The notes under the pieces: generated by a model | Told to the model about the DNA's origin: nothing | Database searches by the model: none | What the model saw: only the letters and a program-made list of their open reading frames with translations | Program-made: the position numbers and the translations under genes | Assembly (NCBI GenBank): GCA_937876355.1 | Contig: CALFHN010000144.1 | Location: forward strand, 55,506-119,505 | Length of the DNA stretch: 64,000 nt | Direction: 5' to 3' | DNA from: an uncultured Bacteroidota bacterium | GTDB lineage: Bacteria; Bacteroidota; Rhodothermia; Rhodothermales; UBA10348 | In this document: one piece after another, positions 20,116 to 30,739 of the stretch | Layout: every line of letters begins with the position of its first letter | How positions within the stretch are numbered: position 1 is the first letter of the stretch

Positions 20116-21354
20116 CTATTCGAATCGAAGAGAATCTATAGGGTGAAGACGCGCAGCTTTTAGGGCCGGATATCCCCCGAATATGAGAGCGATGGCCGTA
20201 ACAAGCAAAACAGCGGTGATAGCCCACCCTGTCGGAAAAGCAGCCGTTATGTCAAAATAAAGTGCGACCCCATTCCCAACGGCTGCACCCATCAAAATCC
20301 CAATTATTCCACCTATTTGGCACAGAAAAAATGCTTCAAAAAGGAATTGCCGCATAATGTCTTTTTTCCGAGCGCCGACGGACTTCCGAACCCCTATTTC
20401 TCGTGTGCGCTCAGTGACAGACACCAACATGATGTTCATAATTCCAATTCCTGCAGCCAGGAGTGAAATCAATCCAATTCCAGCACCTCCTGCCGTCAAC
20501 GTACCAGTGAATGCTTCAAATATGGCCTGCATGGAGTCGTTTGAGGAAATTTCGAAGTTGTTTTCTTCGCCCGGCTCAACGCCCCGAATAACCCTCAAAC
20601 GCCCAGTTAATTCGTCTATCACCGCGTTAATCAAGATCGGATCCTGTACCCTAACGCTCACACTGGCAATATTCCGACTAAGTCCGCCATAGTCAGCAAA
20701 TCCACGCGTTATAGGAATGTAGGTTCGATTATCCTGGGAAAAGCCTAAAAAACTTCCCTTTTCCTTCAGCACACCTATTACTTCACAACGCTTCCCAGCC
20801 GCTTTTATAATCTTCCGAATCGGATTTTCGTTGGGAAACAAGATTTTAACAATGTCAGACCCCAATACACATACTGGACGTGCATATTGGATGTCATCTC
20901 GCGTAAAAAAGCGACCGTACTCAATTTCGTATGAAAAATTTCCAAGCATGTCCTCGTCGCTGCCCATCACCACGACGTCCGGCTCCGTTTCTCTGTCCTG
21001 GTACGTCATTTTGCCTCTAGCAAAATCATCCATAGGGCTGATGGTCACAGCCATCTGCATAACTTCCTCTAGCCTTTCTACCTGCTCAAACGTGACGTTG
21101 GGACGATTTCTACCGCTTCGATCCCTATCTCCAATTTGAATTTGAGAAGTTCGAGAAATAGAAACAGTTGAGGACCCTAAAAATTGAAGTTTTTCTTTGA
21201 AATAGACGTCGATAACTTCTACAGCCGTTACTGAAACAATAATGGCAAAAACGCCAATCACCATCCCCAGTAACGTCAGCGACGATCTAGTCTTGTGTCC
21301 TTGTATCGCACTCCATGCCATGCGAGACGCTTCAAAAATACCCATGCTATTCAT
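20116..21354 (-). CDS. FtsX-family ABC permease of the LolC/LolE/MacB type.
   Basis: 412 aa with a transmembrane helix, a large periplasmic domain and three C-terminal transmembrane helices (FtsX domain). Confidence 0.8.
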   Translation of the reverse strand: MNSMGIFEASRMAWSAIQGHKTRSSLTLLGMVIGVFAIIVSVTAVEVIDVYFKEKLQFLGSSTVSISRTSQIQIGDRDRSGRNRPNVTFEQVERLEEVMQMAVTISPMDDFARGKMTYQDRETEPDVVVMGSDEDMLGNFSYEIEYGRFFTRDDIQYARPVCVLGSDIVKILFPNENPIRKIIKAAGKRCEVIGVLKEKGSFLGFSQDNRTYIPITRGFADYGGLSRNIASVSVRVQDPILINAVIDELTGRLRVIRGVEPGEENNFEISSNDSMQAIFEAFTGTLTAGGAGIGLISLLAAGIGIMNIMLVSVTERTREIGVRKSVGARKKDIMRQFLFEAFFLCQIGGIIGILMGAAVGNGVALYFDITAAFPTGWAITAVLLVTAIALIFGGYPALKAARLHPIDSLRFE

Positions 21355-22585
21355 ACCTCAATGCTTCGATCGGCGGGGCCTTCGCAGCGCTCCAAGCCGG
21401 AGCAAGTCCGAATGTGATTCCGATGGCTACGCAAATACCAAAGGCAATAAATACTGTTGTTAAATCAAGCGAAGCAGGTAATACCGCTCCAATTAACATG
21501 GATAAGGGAAATGCTAACCCTACACCAACAAGGCCTCCAACCATACAAATCACTACCGCTTCAACCAAAAACTGAATCAGGATAGTAGTTCTGCGAGCCC
21601 CGACAGCTTTTCGCACTCCAATCTCGCGTGTGCGCTCTTTGACAGTCACAAACATGATGTTCATTACGCCAATGCCGCCAACCAGCAGAGCGAGCGCTGT
21701 TAGACCGATCCCTATCGCAAAAATGGCATTTTTAATTGGCTCAATCGCCGCGCGCAGCGACTCTTGTTCATTAATTTCAAAGTTGTCAGACTCTTGCACA
21801 TCCAATCTTCGAGCTAATCTTATGACGCCGCGCATTTGATCTTTGGCATCTGCAATGGCAAATCCGTCGCCAATTTTTGCTTGAATCGAAACGCTCCGCC
21901 AACGCGTTCCGTATTGCTGTTTAAACGTATTGAACGGAATCTGTACAGTGAAGTCCGTACTAGCCGGGCCTTCAGTAGCTTCACCTTGTTTTTTTAGAAT
22001 CCCAATTACCGTGAACTTTGAACCGCCAATGTTTAGGTCTTTCCCAAATGCCGAACCAAAAGGATATAACCGTTCAGCAACCCCTGCTCCCACGACGGCG
22101 ACATGTCTGGCGCTTTGATCGTCAAACTCGTTAAAGAAATACCCCTCGGATAAATCGATTTCGTGGACTTCTGGATAATTTGCCTGAGCACCTGTGATTC
22201 GTGCCGAAGAAATAGATTCCGTATTGGACTTCAGCGTTCTAGCCGTAGACACCACCGCTGTTGCGGTTTGCACCATACTAGCGCTTTGATTCAACTTGTC
22301 GGCAAGATCAGCTGTCATATTGGGACGGTTCGCCAATTCCCACCATTTTGTACTAGGCCCTCTAACCCACGGCCACTTCTCTACATAGATGACATTCGTT
22401 CCGAGCGAGGCAATATCTTGTTCAAAACCTTTTTCTATTCCATTTACCACAGTGGCCATTCCTGTCACAGAAACGATTCCAATGATAATGCCTAGGGTCG
22501 TTAACACGGCACGCATTTTATTGGACCAAACAGACGCCAATGCAATACGGGTCGATTCCCAAAACTCAAAAAAGAAACGAAGCAC
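21347..22585 (-). CDS. FtsX-family ABC permease of the LolC/LolE/MacB type, paralogous to the adjacent permease.
   Basis: Same architecture and length as the neighbouring gene. The two overlap by 8 bp. Confidence 0.8.
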   Translation of the reverse strand: MLRFFFEFWESTRIALASVWSNKMRAVLTTLGIIIGIVSVTGMATVVNGIEKGFEQDIASLGTNVIYVEKWPWVRGPSTKWWELANRPNMTADLADKLNQSASMVQTATAVVSTARTLKSNTESISSARITGAQANYPEVHEIDLSEGYFFNEFDDQSARHVAVVGAGVAERLYPFGSAFGKDLNIGGSKFTVIGILKKQGEATEGPASTDFTVQIPFNTFKQQYGTRWRSVSIQAKIGDGFAIADAKDQMRGVIRLARRLDVQESDNFEINEQESLRAAIEPIKNAIFAIGIGLTALALLVGGIGVMNIMFVTVKERTREIGVRKAVGARRTTILIQFLVEAVVICMVGGLVGVGLAFPLSMLIGAVLPASLDLTTVFIAFGICVAIGITFGLAPAWSAAKAPPIEALRYE

Positions 22586-22733
22586 TTACTTTCCTTGTCG
22601 TTAATTGTGATCATCGGTACGGCGTCCCAATACGCGAGTTGCGTCTCGTAGGCCTCTTAGCCAAGATTCCTTATTCCTTCACGAGACCATCTATTTGACG
22701 AATCGGATAGACATCGATTCCCCTTTAGCTGAG

Positions 22734-23225
22734 CTAAATCGAACGTTGAAATCTGTGTTCGAAACGTAATCGATACTCTTTGTACACAGCATTATAATCA
22801 GCCTTTACCAGCCGAAATCCATTCTCCATGGCCAAAATGGTCATCCCGGGATGCAAATTCGGAAAGGTGTCAAACACAAAAACCGGATACCCTATTTTTT
22901 TAACCCGATGCATCATGTCATCGAGCAGAGCAATCGCTATTCCGTTGCGTCGATGATTGGGCATCACGCCACCCTTCGCACTGTAATAAATGTTTTTGCT
23001 TTCTTTGTAACCAACCTTAAATCCGACTGGCTCCCCATCCAACCTCGCTTCCAAAATCATCAAATCCTCCTTTTCAAAGGTATTAATTACTCTTTCTTCC
23101 TTGAAAATGACATGATTCATCTCTCGAACGTCGTCCAATTCAGAAAGAGGAATCGATTGTATACTCAGTCCTGGTATTACAGGAACCGATATCGAGGGAG
23201 CGGGGATATAGCCGAAGCGTTCCAT
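22734..23225 (-). CDS. GNAT-family N-acetyltransferase.
   Basis: GNAT fold with the motif RRNGIAIALL. Confidence 0.7.
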   Translation of the reverse strand: MERFGYIPAPSISVPVIPGLSIQSIPLSELDDVREMNHVIFKEERVINTFEKEDLMILEARLDGEPVGFKVGYKESKNIYYSAKGGVMPNHRRNGIAIALLDDMMHRVKKIGYPVFVFDTFPNLHPGMTILAMENGFRLVKADYNAVYKEYRLRFEHRFQRSI

Positions 23226-23233
23226 TTCTTCGA

Positions 23234-25279
23234 TTACAAAATATTGGAATTGGCGGGGGCAAGTTGTCCAGTGTCAGAATGACCCGGCAACTCGTTGTGG
23301 TCCTGTTCCACTAGCGAACATGGTTCTAAAATATGGTCCGGAAGCTGTTCCAAAAACCTACTCGGTTTAGTGAAATATTGTCCGTCATAACGACGATACT
23401 GCAAACTTGGATACGATATGTACAAATGATCTGCAGCCCGTGTTACGGCAACATACAGTAATCTCAGTTCCTCCTCAATAGATTCCTCATCGCCAACTGA
23501 ATACGACGAAGGAATTATCCCATCCAATGCATGAATAACAAATACGACTTTAAACTCTAATCCCTTGGCGGAATGAATGGTCGAAAGCGTCAGCGGCGGT
23601 TCATCATTTTTCTCGGCGTCTACATCAATAACGGTCAATTCAACAGGATCCAGTACAAGAGAGTCCAACATTTCAGACCGATTCGTAAAAGACTGCGTCA
23701 AGCCGATCAGGTGTTCGAGATCTTGCTCCCGTTTTTGGAAATCTTCGTAATAAACCCGCTTCAACACTGGTACATAGTACGTTAAAATAGCCCCAACTTG
23801 ACTGGCTGGGCTGGATTCGGTCATTTTCACCGACCTAAGCATGACGAATAATGCCCGCACGGACTCGATATAAGCTTTTGAAAAGGGACGTTCCTTTAAT
23901 TCAAAGGTATCATCTTGCTCGGCTTCAATCCATTCGATAATGTTGCCAGCAGTTTTAGGGCCAACCCCTTCCAATAATTGCAAAATGCGATTCCAAGCCA
24001 CGGTATCGCGTGAGTTTTCAACCACCTTCAAATAGGCAAGCACATCCTTTATATGGGCAGCCTCCGCCAACTTGAGTCCCCCATACTTTACAAAAGGAAT
24101 ATTTTTTCTTCCCAGTACGATTTCCAAATCAAACGAATTGTGACCGTTTCTGAAAAGCACCGCCATTTCTCGAAGGGCAATACCCTGTTCTCGAAACTGA
24201 AGAATCAATTGAGATACAAACCGACTTTCGAATCGATCGTCGGGGGCGGGCACTAGTCCAGGTAAATCGCCCCCTTCTTTTTCAGTAAAAAGTGTCTTGT
24301 CAAACTTTCGTTTGGCTTTTTCCAGCAAATGATTTGCCAAGTCGAGTATGCGTTGGGTAGACCTATAGTTGTGTTCAAGTTTGAGAATACGTGCATCTGC
24401 AAATTCTGCCGGGAAGCCAAGTATGTTTTTAAAGTCCGCCCCTCTAAAACGGTATATACTTTGAGCATCGTCTCCAACGGCCATCACATTTCCGTTAACG
24501 GAAGCCAAGGCTTTGACAATCATAGCCTGCGCCCGGTTGGTGTCCTGATACTCATCGACTAAAACATGACGACACGAAGAAGCGACCTCCCGCAAAACAG
24601 CAGGTTCACTGGTAAAAAGTTTTAGGGTTAAAATGAGTAAATCATCATAATCCATCAAGCCATGGACCTTTTTGTAATTGGTATACCCTTCAAAAAGCAG
24701 TTCGAGTTCTTTCACAAAAGAAGTGAACTGAGGATATCCCGTCTCAAGAGTTTGTTCTATCCCAATTCCCTTATTTCGTACAGCCGAAAAAATACTTTGT
24801 AGCGTTCTTTTTCGAGGAAATCGTTTACCCTTTGTTTTTATGGCTGACGTAGCCCGAACGACATCTATGACATCGGCCGAATCGGAGGAATCGAGAATGG
24901 TGAAATTGCTCGGATAACCCAGCTTCAAAGCATATTTCTTCAGAATAGTCAGGCAAAAAGCGTGAAAGGTACCTCCTCGAACTCGTTTACATCTACCGTC
25001 CAGCAAGCCAGCCGCCCGATTGAGCATTTCGTTGGACGATCTACGTGTGAAGGTCAACAAGACAATGTGCTCGGGAGCTACTCCGGTCTCTACGAGATAA
25101 GCCACTCGGTAAATGAGGGTTCTTGTTTTCCCCGTACCGGCCCCTGCTACAACCAGAACGGGCCCAGTACCCGTCGTCGCAACCTGGAATTGCTGCTCAT
25201 TTAACTCATCCTCATACGCAATACTCAGGCTGTTAACCGGCACCGCTTCTTCTTTGGTAAGAATGAATTTTCGAGCCAT
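23234..25279 (-). CDS. UvrD/PcrA/Rep-family ATP-dependent DNA helicase.
   Basis: Walker A (AGAGTGKTRTL), helicase motifs (VDEYQDTN, RNYRST) and the C-terminal UvrD motifs. The start was set at MARKF. Confidence 0.85.
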   Translation of the reverse strand: MARKFILTKEEAVPVNSLSIAYEDELNEQQFQVATTGTGPVLVVAGAGTGKTRTLIYRVAYLVETGVAPEHIVLLTFTRRSSNEMLNRAAGLLDGRCKRVRGGTFHAFCLTILKKYALKLGYPSNFTILDSSDSADVIDVVRATSAIKTKGKRFPRKRTLQSIFSAVRNKGIGIEQTLETGYPQFTSFVKELELLFEGYTNYKKVHGLMDYDDLLILTLKLFTSEPAVLREVASSCRHVLVDEYQDTNRAQAMIVKALASVNGNVMAVGDDAQSIYRFRGADFKNILGFPAEFADARILKLEHNYRSTQRILDLANHLLEKAKRKFDKTLFTEKEGGDLPGLVPAPDDRFESRFVSQLILQFREQGIALREMAVLFRNGHNSFDLEIVLGRKNIPFVKYGGLKLAEAAHIKDVLAYLKVVENSRDTVAWNRILQLLEGVGPKTAGNIIEWIEAEQDDTFELKERPFSKAYIESVRALFVMLRSVKMTESSPASQVGAILTYYVPVLKRVYYEDFQKREQDLEHLIGLTQSFTNRSEMLDSLVLDPVELTVIDVDAEKNDEPPLTLSTIHSAKGLEFKVVFVIHALDGIIPSSYSVGDEESIEEELRLLYVAVTRAADHLYISYPSLQYRRYDGQYFTKPSRFLEQLPDHILEPCSLVEQDHNELPGHSDTGQLAPANSNIL

Positions 25280-25498
25280 CCGCTTAGTTGAATTCGTGAC
25301 TCTACCAATACGCCAAACCCCGACCAAAGGGTTCTTCCTAGCTTTCGGGATCCAAACATCTGATTTAGATGTTGTGGATAAGACGCATGCTCTATAAGTA
25401 GTAAGAAACTTCCCTTCTTCATAGCTTTCAGGTCACGGGACTGCAGGCCGAAACATTCGTCTGCGCAGCTCTGCATCACTTTCAATAACCTTAGCCGA

Positions 25499-26305
25499 AT
25501 GGGAAAAATCATAGCCGTAGCAAATCAAAAAGGCGGAGTAGGTAAAACTACGACGGCGATCAACTTGGCCGCATCTCTTGCAGCCATGGAGCATTCGACG
25601 TTGCTGATTGATTTTGATCCCCAGGCCAATGGTACTTCAGGAGTAGGAATTGACCCGAAAAGCGTACAAGCTTCGACCTATGAAATATTGATCGGAACCG
25701 TTCCGACGGAGGATGCAATACTTCAGACGGACACGCCGTATCTCTCCCTCATCCCAAGTCACATTAACTTGGTCGGAGCTGAAATCGAAATGGTGGAAAT
25801 CCCAGACCGGGAGCGGATGTTGCGCAAAGCATTACGCGGTGTTCGGGATCGATTCGACTTCATTATTATTGATTGCCCGCCGTCACTGGGGCTTTTGACA
25901 CTCAATTCGCTTACGGCCTCAGATTCAGTCTTGATACCTGTTCAAGCAGAATATTTTGCACTGGAAGGGTTGGGCCAGTTGTTGAACACCATCAAACTGG
26001 TTCGACAACACTTAAATCCCGAGTTGGAGATTGAAGGAGTAGTTTTGACCATGTTTGATGCCCGGCTTCGACTGGCGAATCAGGTAGCGTCTGAAGTTCG
26101 TCGGTTTTTTGGCGAAAAGGTCTTCAAAACGATTATCCAGAGAAACGTTAAGCTTTCAGAAGCCCCAAGCCATGGAAGGCCCGTTTTGCTTTACGATGCA
26201 ACAAGTACGGGATCTCGGAACTACATCGGTTTGGCTCGTGAAGTACTTCACGCCAATCAGGAATACCTCGCCCAATTACCCGCTTACCAAGCAGAATCTC
26301 TATAA
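25499..26305 (+). CDS. parA: ParA/Soj chromosome partitioning ATPase.
   Basis: Deviant Walker A motif KGGVGKTT. Confidence 0.9.
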   Translation: MGKIIAVANQKGGVGKTTTAINLAASLAAMEHSTLLIDFDPQANGTSGVGIDPKSVQASTYEILIGTVPTEDAILQTDTPYLSLIPSHINLVGAEIEMVEIPDRERMLRKALRGVRDRFDFIIIDCPPSLGLLTLNSLTASDSVLIPVQAEYFALEGLGQLLNTIKLVRQHLNPELEIEGVVLTMFDARLRLANQVASEVRRFFGEKVFKTIIQRNVKLSEAPSHGRPVLLYDATSTGSRNYIGLAREVLHANQEYLAQLPAYQAESL

Positions 26306-26317
26306 TTCATTACCGGC

Positions 26318-27250
26318 ATGTCTAAACAAAAATCAGCACTGGGTCGCGGACTTAGCGCATTGCTTCCAGACCATGACGAAAGGGATACCGCTTTTCATTC
26401 GGGAATTGAAACTACAAAATTGTACAATTTTGACGAACGAATTCGAACAGCTGGTTCAATTTCGGAAGTTGATATTCATTCCGTTTTGCCAAACCCCTAC
26501 CAACCTCGCGAACGTTTTGACGAATCCGCTTTACAAGAATTGAGTGATTCTATTCGCGAATTGGGAATCATTCAGCCAGTTACGGTCCGCTCTGCGGGAC
26601 CCAACAAGTATGAGCTTATTTCGGGCGAACGCCGTTTAAAAGCTGCGCGCATGGCAGGAATGACCCGGATTCCAGCTTATATCCGTGAAGCGGATACCGA
26701 AGCAATGTTAGAAATGGCATTGGTTGAAAACGTCCAACGAGAACAGCTCAATCCAATAGAAATTGCATTGGGGTATCGTCGATTGATTGACGAATGCAGC
26801 CTAACACAAGAAGATGTGGCCATTAAAATCGGCAAAAACCGATCGACTGTTGCCAACTTTTTACGCTTATTGAAACTCCCTCCGCTTATTCAGGCGGGCT
26901 TGCGCGACGGCATTCTGTCAACGGGTCATGCAAGGGCATTGTTGTCCCTAGAAAGTGAAGACCTTCAGCGCCAAATTATGGAAGACATCGTGGCTGACGA
27001 TCTTTCTGTGCGGGACGTCGAGAAACGAGTTAGGCAAGCCTTGAAGCCGGTAAAAAAGAAGGCTGACGCGTTAAAAGAATTATCTGGAGCCGATACAATT
27101 GAACTGGCACGAATTTCAGAGCGCATCCGGCACAAACTTGGGACCAAGGTCAGCGTAAAGCCAGGATCACGTGGAAAGGGCGGGAAAATTGAAATTGAAT
27201 ATTATTCAAATGAAGATTTAGATCGCATTGTAGAATATTTCGATCAGTAG
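26318..27250 (+). CDS. parB: ParB/Spo0J partitioning protein.
   Basis: ParB box (GERRLKAARMAG) and helix-turn-helix; directly follows parA. Confidence 0.9.
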   Translation: MSKQKSALGRGLSALLPDHDERDTAFHSGIETTKLYNFDERIRTAGSISEVDIHSVLPNPYQPRERFDESALQELSDSIRELGIIQPVTVRSAGPNKYELISGERRLKAARMAGMTRIPAYIREADTEAMLEMALVENVQREQLNPIEIALGYRRLIDECSLTQEDVAIKIGKNRSTVANFLRLLKLPPLIQAGLRDGILSTGHARALLSLESEDLQRQIMEDIVADDLSVRDVEKRVRQALKPVKKKADALKELSGADTIELARISERIRHKLGTKVSVKPGSRGKGGKIEIEYYSNEDLDRIVEYFDQ

Positions 27251-27305
27251 GCTGTTCTCCCAGCTGGTCCAGTAACGTTAGATTAGAAGCAGCTACTCTT
27301 TTTAG

Positions 27306-27974
27306 ATGAAATCTGAGTTTTCCATGCTGAAACGCCAATTAGTAGGCTTGATATTTCTGAGCCTTCTCAGTGGTTTTGGCGGTAGGATTTCTGTAGCGCA
27401 GACACCTATCACAGGGGTCCAGCCTCCGTTTACTGACTCGTTGTTTGTCGATAAAAAACCGGCTTCGCCAAAAGGTGCGCTGTGGAGATCTGCCATTGCG
27501 CCGGGATGGGGGCAGATTTACAATAAACAATATCTCAAGCTTCCCTTTGTTTTCGGGGCTTTGGGTGGATTAATCTACAACGCCATTTCCACCCACCAAG
27601 ACTACATTTTATACCGCGAAGCCTTTCAGTACAAAGCTTTTCAGGAACGAGTCGATTCCGGGACCATCAATTCCAACCCACGGGCCAGTTTTGAAAGCTC
27701 CTATGAACAGGTGGCGGCCGAATTTGGGGCCATCTCGTCGAGGCCATTGGAAGCCCAACGAAATATTTTTCGCCGATCTCGTGACCTTTCCTTCGTTGGC
27801 GTCGGCTTAGTGTATGGTCTAGCTATGCTAGACGCTTATGTAAGTGCGCACTTGCTCGATTTCGATGTAGGGGAAAACTTGAATATTCAAGTTGAACCCC
27901 GACCAGGCGGTATTCGTCTGAAAGCCCTCGTTCCATTGGAACGCAGGGCAAATCGCGGTTTATCCTCCCGATAA
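27306..27974 (+). CDS. DUF5683-family protein with a signal peptide.
   Basis: The conserved GWGQIYNKQYLK motif. Its position straight after parB is the usual Bacteroidota arrangement. Confidence 0.6.
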   Translation: MKSEFSMLKRQLVGLIFLSLLSGFGGRISVAQTPITGVQPPFTDSLFVDKKPASPKGALWRSAIAPGWGQIYNKQYLKLPFVFGALGGLIYNAISTHQDYILYREAFQYKAFQERVDSGTINSNPRASFESSYEQVAAEFGAISSRPLEAQRNIFRRSRDLSFVGVGLVYGLAMLDAYVSAHLLDFDVGENLNIQVEPRPGGIRLKALVPLERRANRGLSSR

Positions 27975-28229
27975 ATCCATGGAACCGGGTTCGGAGCTTT
28001 GCATTATCGAGCGTTTCGCCGGCCTTTTTTGACCGTTCGAAAAATGTAGCGTAAAGTACAGCTACATTCAGTTAATCAACTTAAGTGCAATATTATCACG
28101 ACAGTAGATTAACAAAATGTTATATTTATACTGCCCGAGCCTGAATCGCCCTCGTGGAGCGTTCACAGAAGCAATTCAGGCACATTTATCAGGGTAGTTG
28201 TAGTTGCCGAGAAAAAAGGGCTCCGTAAT

Positions 28230-29525
28230 ATGTCTGACAGGTACAGTAACATGGGCGTCAATGACGCCGAAGCGATAACCACTTCTCCAACCGGCGAACA
28301 GCCAGGTCTGTTTACCAAATGTGATCGATTTTTTGATGCAGACGGAGTTTTTGCCCAAATTACGGCTGCGGATCTGTATCCATATTTCCGCCCTGTCGAG
28401 AAAAACGATGGAACAAGAGCCATTATTCAAGGTCGTGAAATCATCATGGCCGGCTCAAATAATTACCTAGGACTGTTATCGGACCCGCGGGTAAAAAAGG
28501 CGGCTGAAGACGCGATCGAGCATTACGGAACTGGATGTACGGGCTCAAGATTTTTGAATGGTACGCTGGATCTGCACATTCAGCTTGAAGAACAGCTTGC
28601 CCGGTTCATGAACACAGAGGCTTGTGTTCTGTTTTCGACCGGATACATGACCAATCAAGGCGTTATCCAATCCCTTGCCGGTAAGAATGATATCATTTTT
28701 TCGGATAAAGACAATCACGCTTGCATCGTTGCAGGCACGTCTGTTTCTGCGGCTCAGACGGTTCGGTATCGTCATGACGACATGAAGCACCTTCGCAAAA
28801 TTCTGGAAAAGGCAACTCTCGAGTTCCCAGATGCTGGGAAATTTATCGTCTCCGACGGCGTTTTTTCGATGAGCGGCGCCGTGGCTCGTGTGCCACAACT
28901 CGTTGAATTAGCAGAAGAATTTAATGCAGCCCTTATGTTGGATGATGCTCACGCCGTGGGCGTAATAGGGCCGGGCGGTCGTGGAAGTGCCGCTCATTTT
29001 GGGCTGGGATCGCGGGTCCATCTAACCACTGGTACGTTTTCAAAAAGTTTTGCCTCCCTTGGTGGTTTTGTGGTTGGGACACGAAATGTGATTGAATACA
29101 TTCGTCATACCGCATCTGCACACATTTTCAGTGCTTCTATGCCTCCCTCAGCTGTTGCAACGGTTCTGAAATGTTTAGAAATCCTTGAGGCTGAGCCTGA
29201 GCGCCTCGAGCGGTTGTGGGAAATTTCAGACTATATGCGGAGCGGATTCAAGTCCATGGGGTATAACGTACTGGCAAGTCAAACTCCCGTCATTCCGGTA
29301 GTTGCAAACACCATGATGACCTGCCTCGAAATGTGGCATGACCTATTAGAAGAAGGCGTATTTGTTAACGCTGTAGTGCCTCCTGCCGTACCTCAAGGAC
29401 ACTCATTGCTTAGAACTTCGTATATGGCAACCCATACAAATGAAGATCTGGATTACATCCTCCAGGCCTTTTACAAAGTCGGCAAAAAACATGGCGTAAT
29501 AAATTCTAATGGCGCGATAGGATAA
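28230..29525 (+). CDS. PLP-dependent alpha-oxoamine synthase, most like serine palmitoyltransferase (BioF/Kbl/Spt family).
   Basis: The PLP-lysine motif GTFSKSFASLGGF and the NNYLGL motif, with a roughly 60-aa N-terminal region ahead of the core. Confidence 0.8.
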   Translation: MSDRYSNMGVNDAEAITTSPTGEQPGLFTKCDRFFDADGVFAQITAADLYPYFRPVEKNDGTRAIIQGREIIMAGSNNYLGLLSDPRVKKAAEDAIEHYGTGCTGSRFLNGTLDLHIQLEEQLARFMNTEACVLFSTGYMTNQGVIQSLAGKNDIIFSDKDNHACIVAGTSVSAAQTVRYRHDDMKHLRKILEKATLEFPDAGKFIVSDGVFSMSGAVARVPQLVELAEEFNAALMLDDAHAVGVIGPGGRGSAAHFGLGSRVHLTTGTFSKSFASLGGFVVGTRNVIEYIRHTASAHIFSASMPPSAVATVLKCLEILEAEPERLERLWEISDYMRSGFKSMGYNVLASQTPVIPVVANTMMTCLEMWHDLLEEGVFVNAVVPPAVPQGHSLLRTSYMATHTNEDLDYILQAFYKVGKKHGVINSNGAIG

Positions 29526-29593
29526 GTTTTCCCCGCCAACCGTTGCCCTAGTCCCCAGTCCCTAGTCAAACTGCCGTCATTGATAGATACACC

Positions 29594-30739
29594 ATGCCCC
29601 TATCCACGCCTCCTGTCCTCGTTCGTCCAGTAAAGGGGTGGTGGGACCGCCGCGCGTTTATTCAATTTCCGTTTGATTTGTATACTGGCCACCCATATTG
29701 GGTACCGCCGCTTCGGCTCGATACGGCCACGTTAGTCAATCCTAAGAAAAATGCATTTTTTGCTCATGGAAACATGCAATTATTTCTTGCCCGTAACGGA
29801 AAAGGGAAAGTTGTAGGACGCATTGCAGCCATAAAAAATGGTATGCACCTTAAGAAGTACAACGATGGAGTCGGATTTTTCGGGTTTTTTGAGACGATCG
29901 ATGATGAGGTAGTTTCATCGGCATTGTTGAACGCCGCGGCCGATTGGCTGCGAGGACAAGGCCTAGTAACCATGCGCGGCCCCGCAAATCCATCGCTAAA
30001 CGACGTAGCTGGACTCCTGGTAGATGGGTTTGGAAAGCAGCCTTCCATATTGATGCCTTTTAATTTGGCATATTATGAAAAACTACTCGTCACGTATGGT
30101 TTTCAACGTTGCATGACCATGTGGGCCTATTATGCGCACACCAAAACAGCTCGCATGGACAAGCTTGAAAGAGGATCGGGCCTAATAATGAAAAAGTGGC
30201 CGTCTTTATCTGTCCGGTTGCTTGATATGAAAAAGTTCGAGAAAGAGGCGCGCTTGATTCTGGACATGTACAATGATGCCTGGTCAGAAAATTGGGGACA
30301 CGTTTCAATGACCGAAGCTGAATTCCTTCAAATGGCCAAGGAAATGAAGCAAATACTTGACCCTCGTCTTGCCGTAATCATTGAAGACGACGGAAAACCT
30401 GTCGCGTTTGCAGTTTCCCTTCCAGACTTGAACTATGCATTCAAAACGTTGAAATCTGGCCGGTTGCTGCCTTTTGGCATTCTCAAGCTACTATTTCTAG
30501 CTACTTCTGGTGTTATTCGCGAGATAAGAATGCCTTTAATGGGTGTCCGAAAATCGCATCATGGCAAGGGCCTTGATGCCATGTTGGTTTGGGAAACACA
30601 CAAAAATGCGGTGAAAATGGGCGTCCTAGGGTGTGAAATGAGCTGGGTATTGGATAGCAACTTGCGGCTTATTCACTCTCTCGATACAATGGGTGGCGTG
30701 AAAGACAAAGAATACGCCCTGCTGGAGCGCGCCATATGA
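29594..30739 (+). CDS. Two-lobed GNAT-fold (FemAB/BioF2-like) N-acyltransferase; a candidate lipid N-acyltransferase.
   Basis: 381 aa. The C-terminal lobe carries a GNAT-like motif (GVRKSHHGKGLDAML). The stop overlaps the start of the HAD gene by 4 bp. Confidence 0.5.
   Translation: MPLSTPPVLVRPVKGWWDRRAFIQFPFDLYTGHPYWVPPLRLDTATLVNPKKNAFFAHGNMQLFLARNGKGKVVGRIAAIKNGMHLKKYNDGVGFFGFFETIDDEVVSSALLNAAADWLRGQGLVTMRGPANPSLNDVAGLLVDGFGKQPSILMPFNLAYYEKLLVTYGFQRCMTMWAYYAHTKTARMDKLERGSGLIMKKWPSLSVRLLDMKKFEKEARLILDMYNDAWSENWGHVSMTEAEFLQMAKEMKQILDPRLAVIIEDDGKPVAFAVSLPDLNYAFKTLKSGRLLPFGILKLLFLATSGVIREIRMPLMGVRKSHHGKGLDAMLVWETHKNAVKMGVLGCEMSWVLDSNLRLIHSLDTMGGVKDKEYALLERAI

Noticed and set aside
20116-22585. 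The paired FtsX permeases as part of a toxin-export or defence system
   Set aside because: The architecture matches housekeeping LolCE/MacB-type permeases. No HlyD, peptidase or immunity-like genes are adjacent.
28030-28230. AT-rich region with inverted repeats upstream of the Spt-like gene, considered as a riboswitch
   Set aside because: There is no match to conserved riboswitch cores (for example SAM, TPP, glycine or PreQ1 consensus segments) that I can recognise by eye. It is more likely a promoter region.
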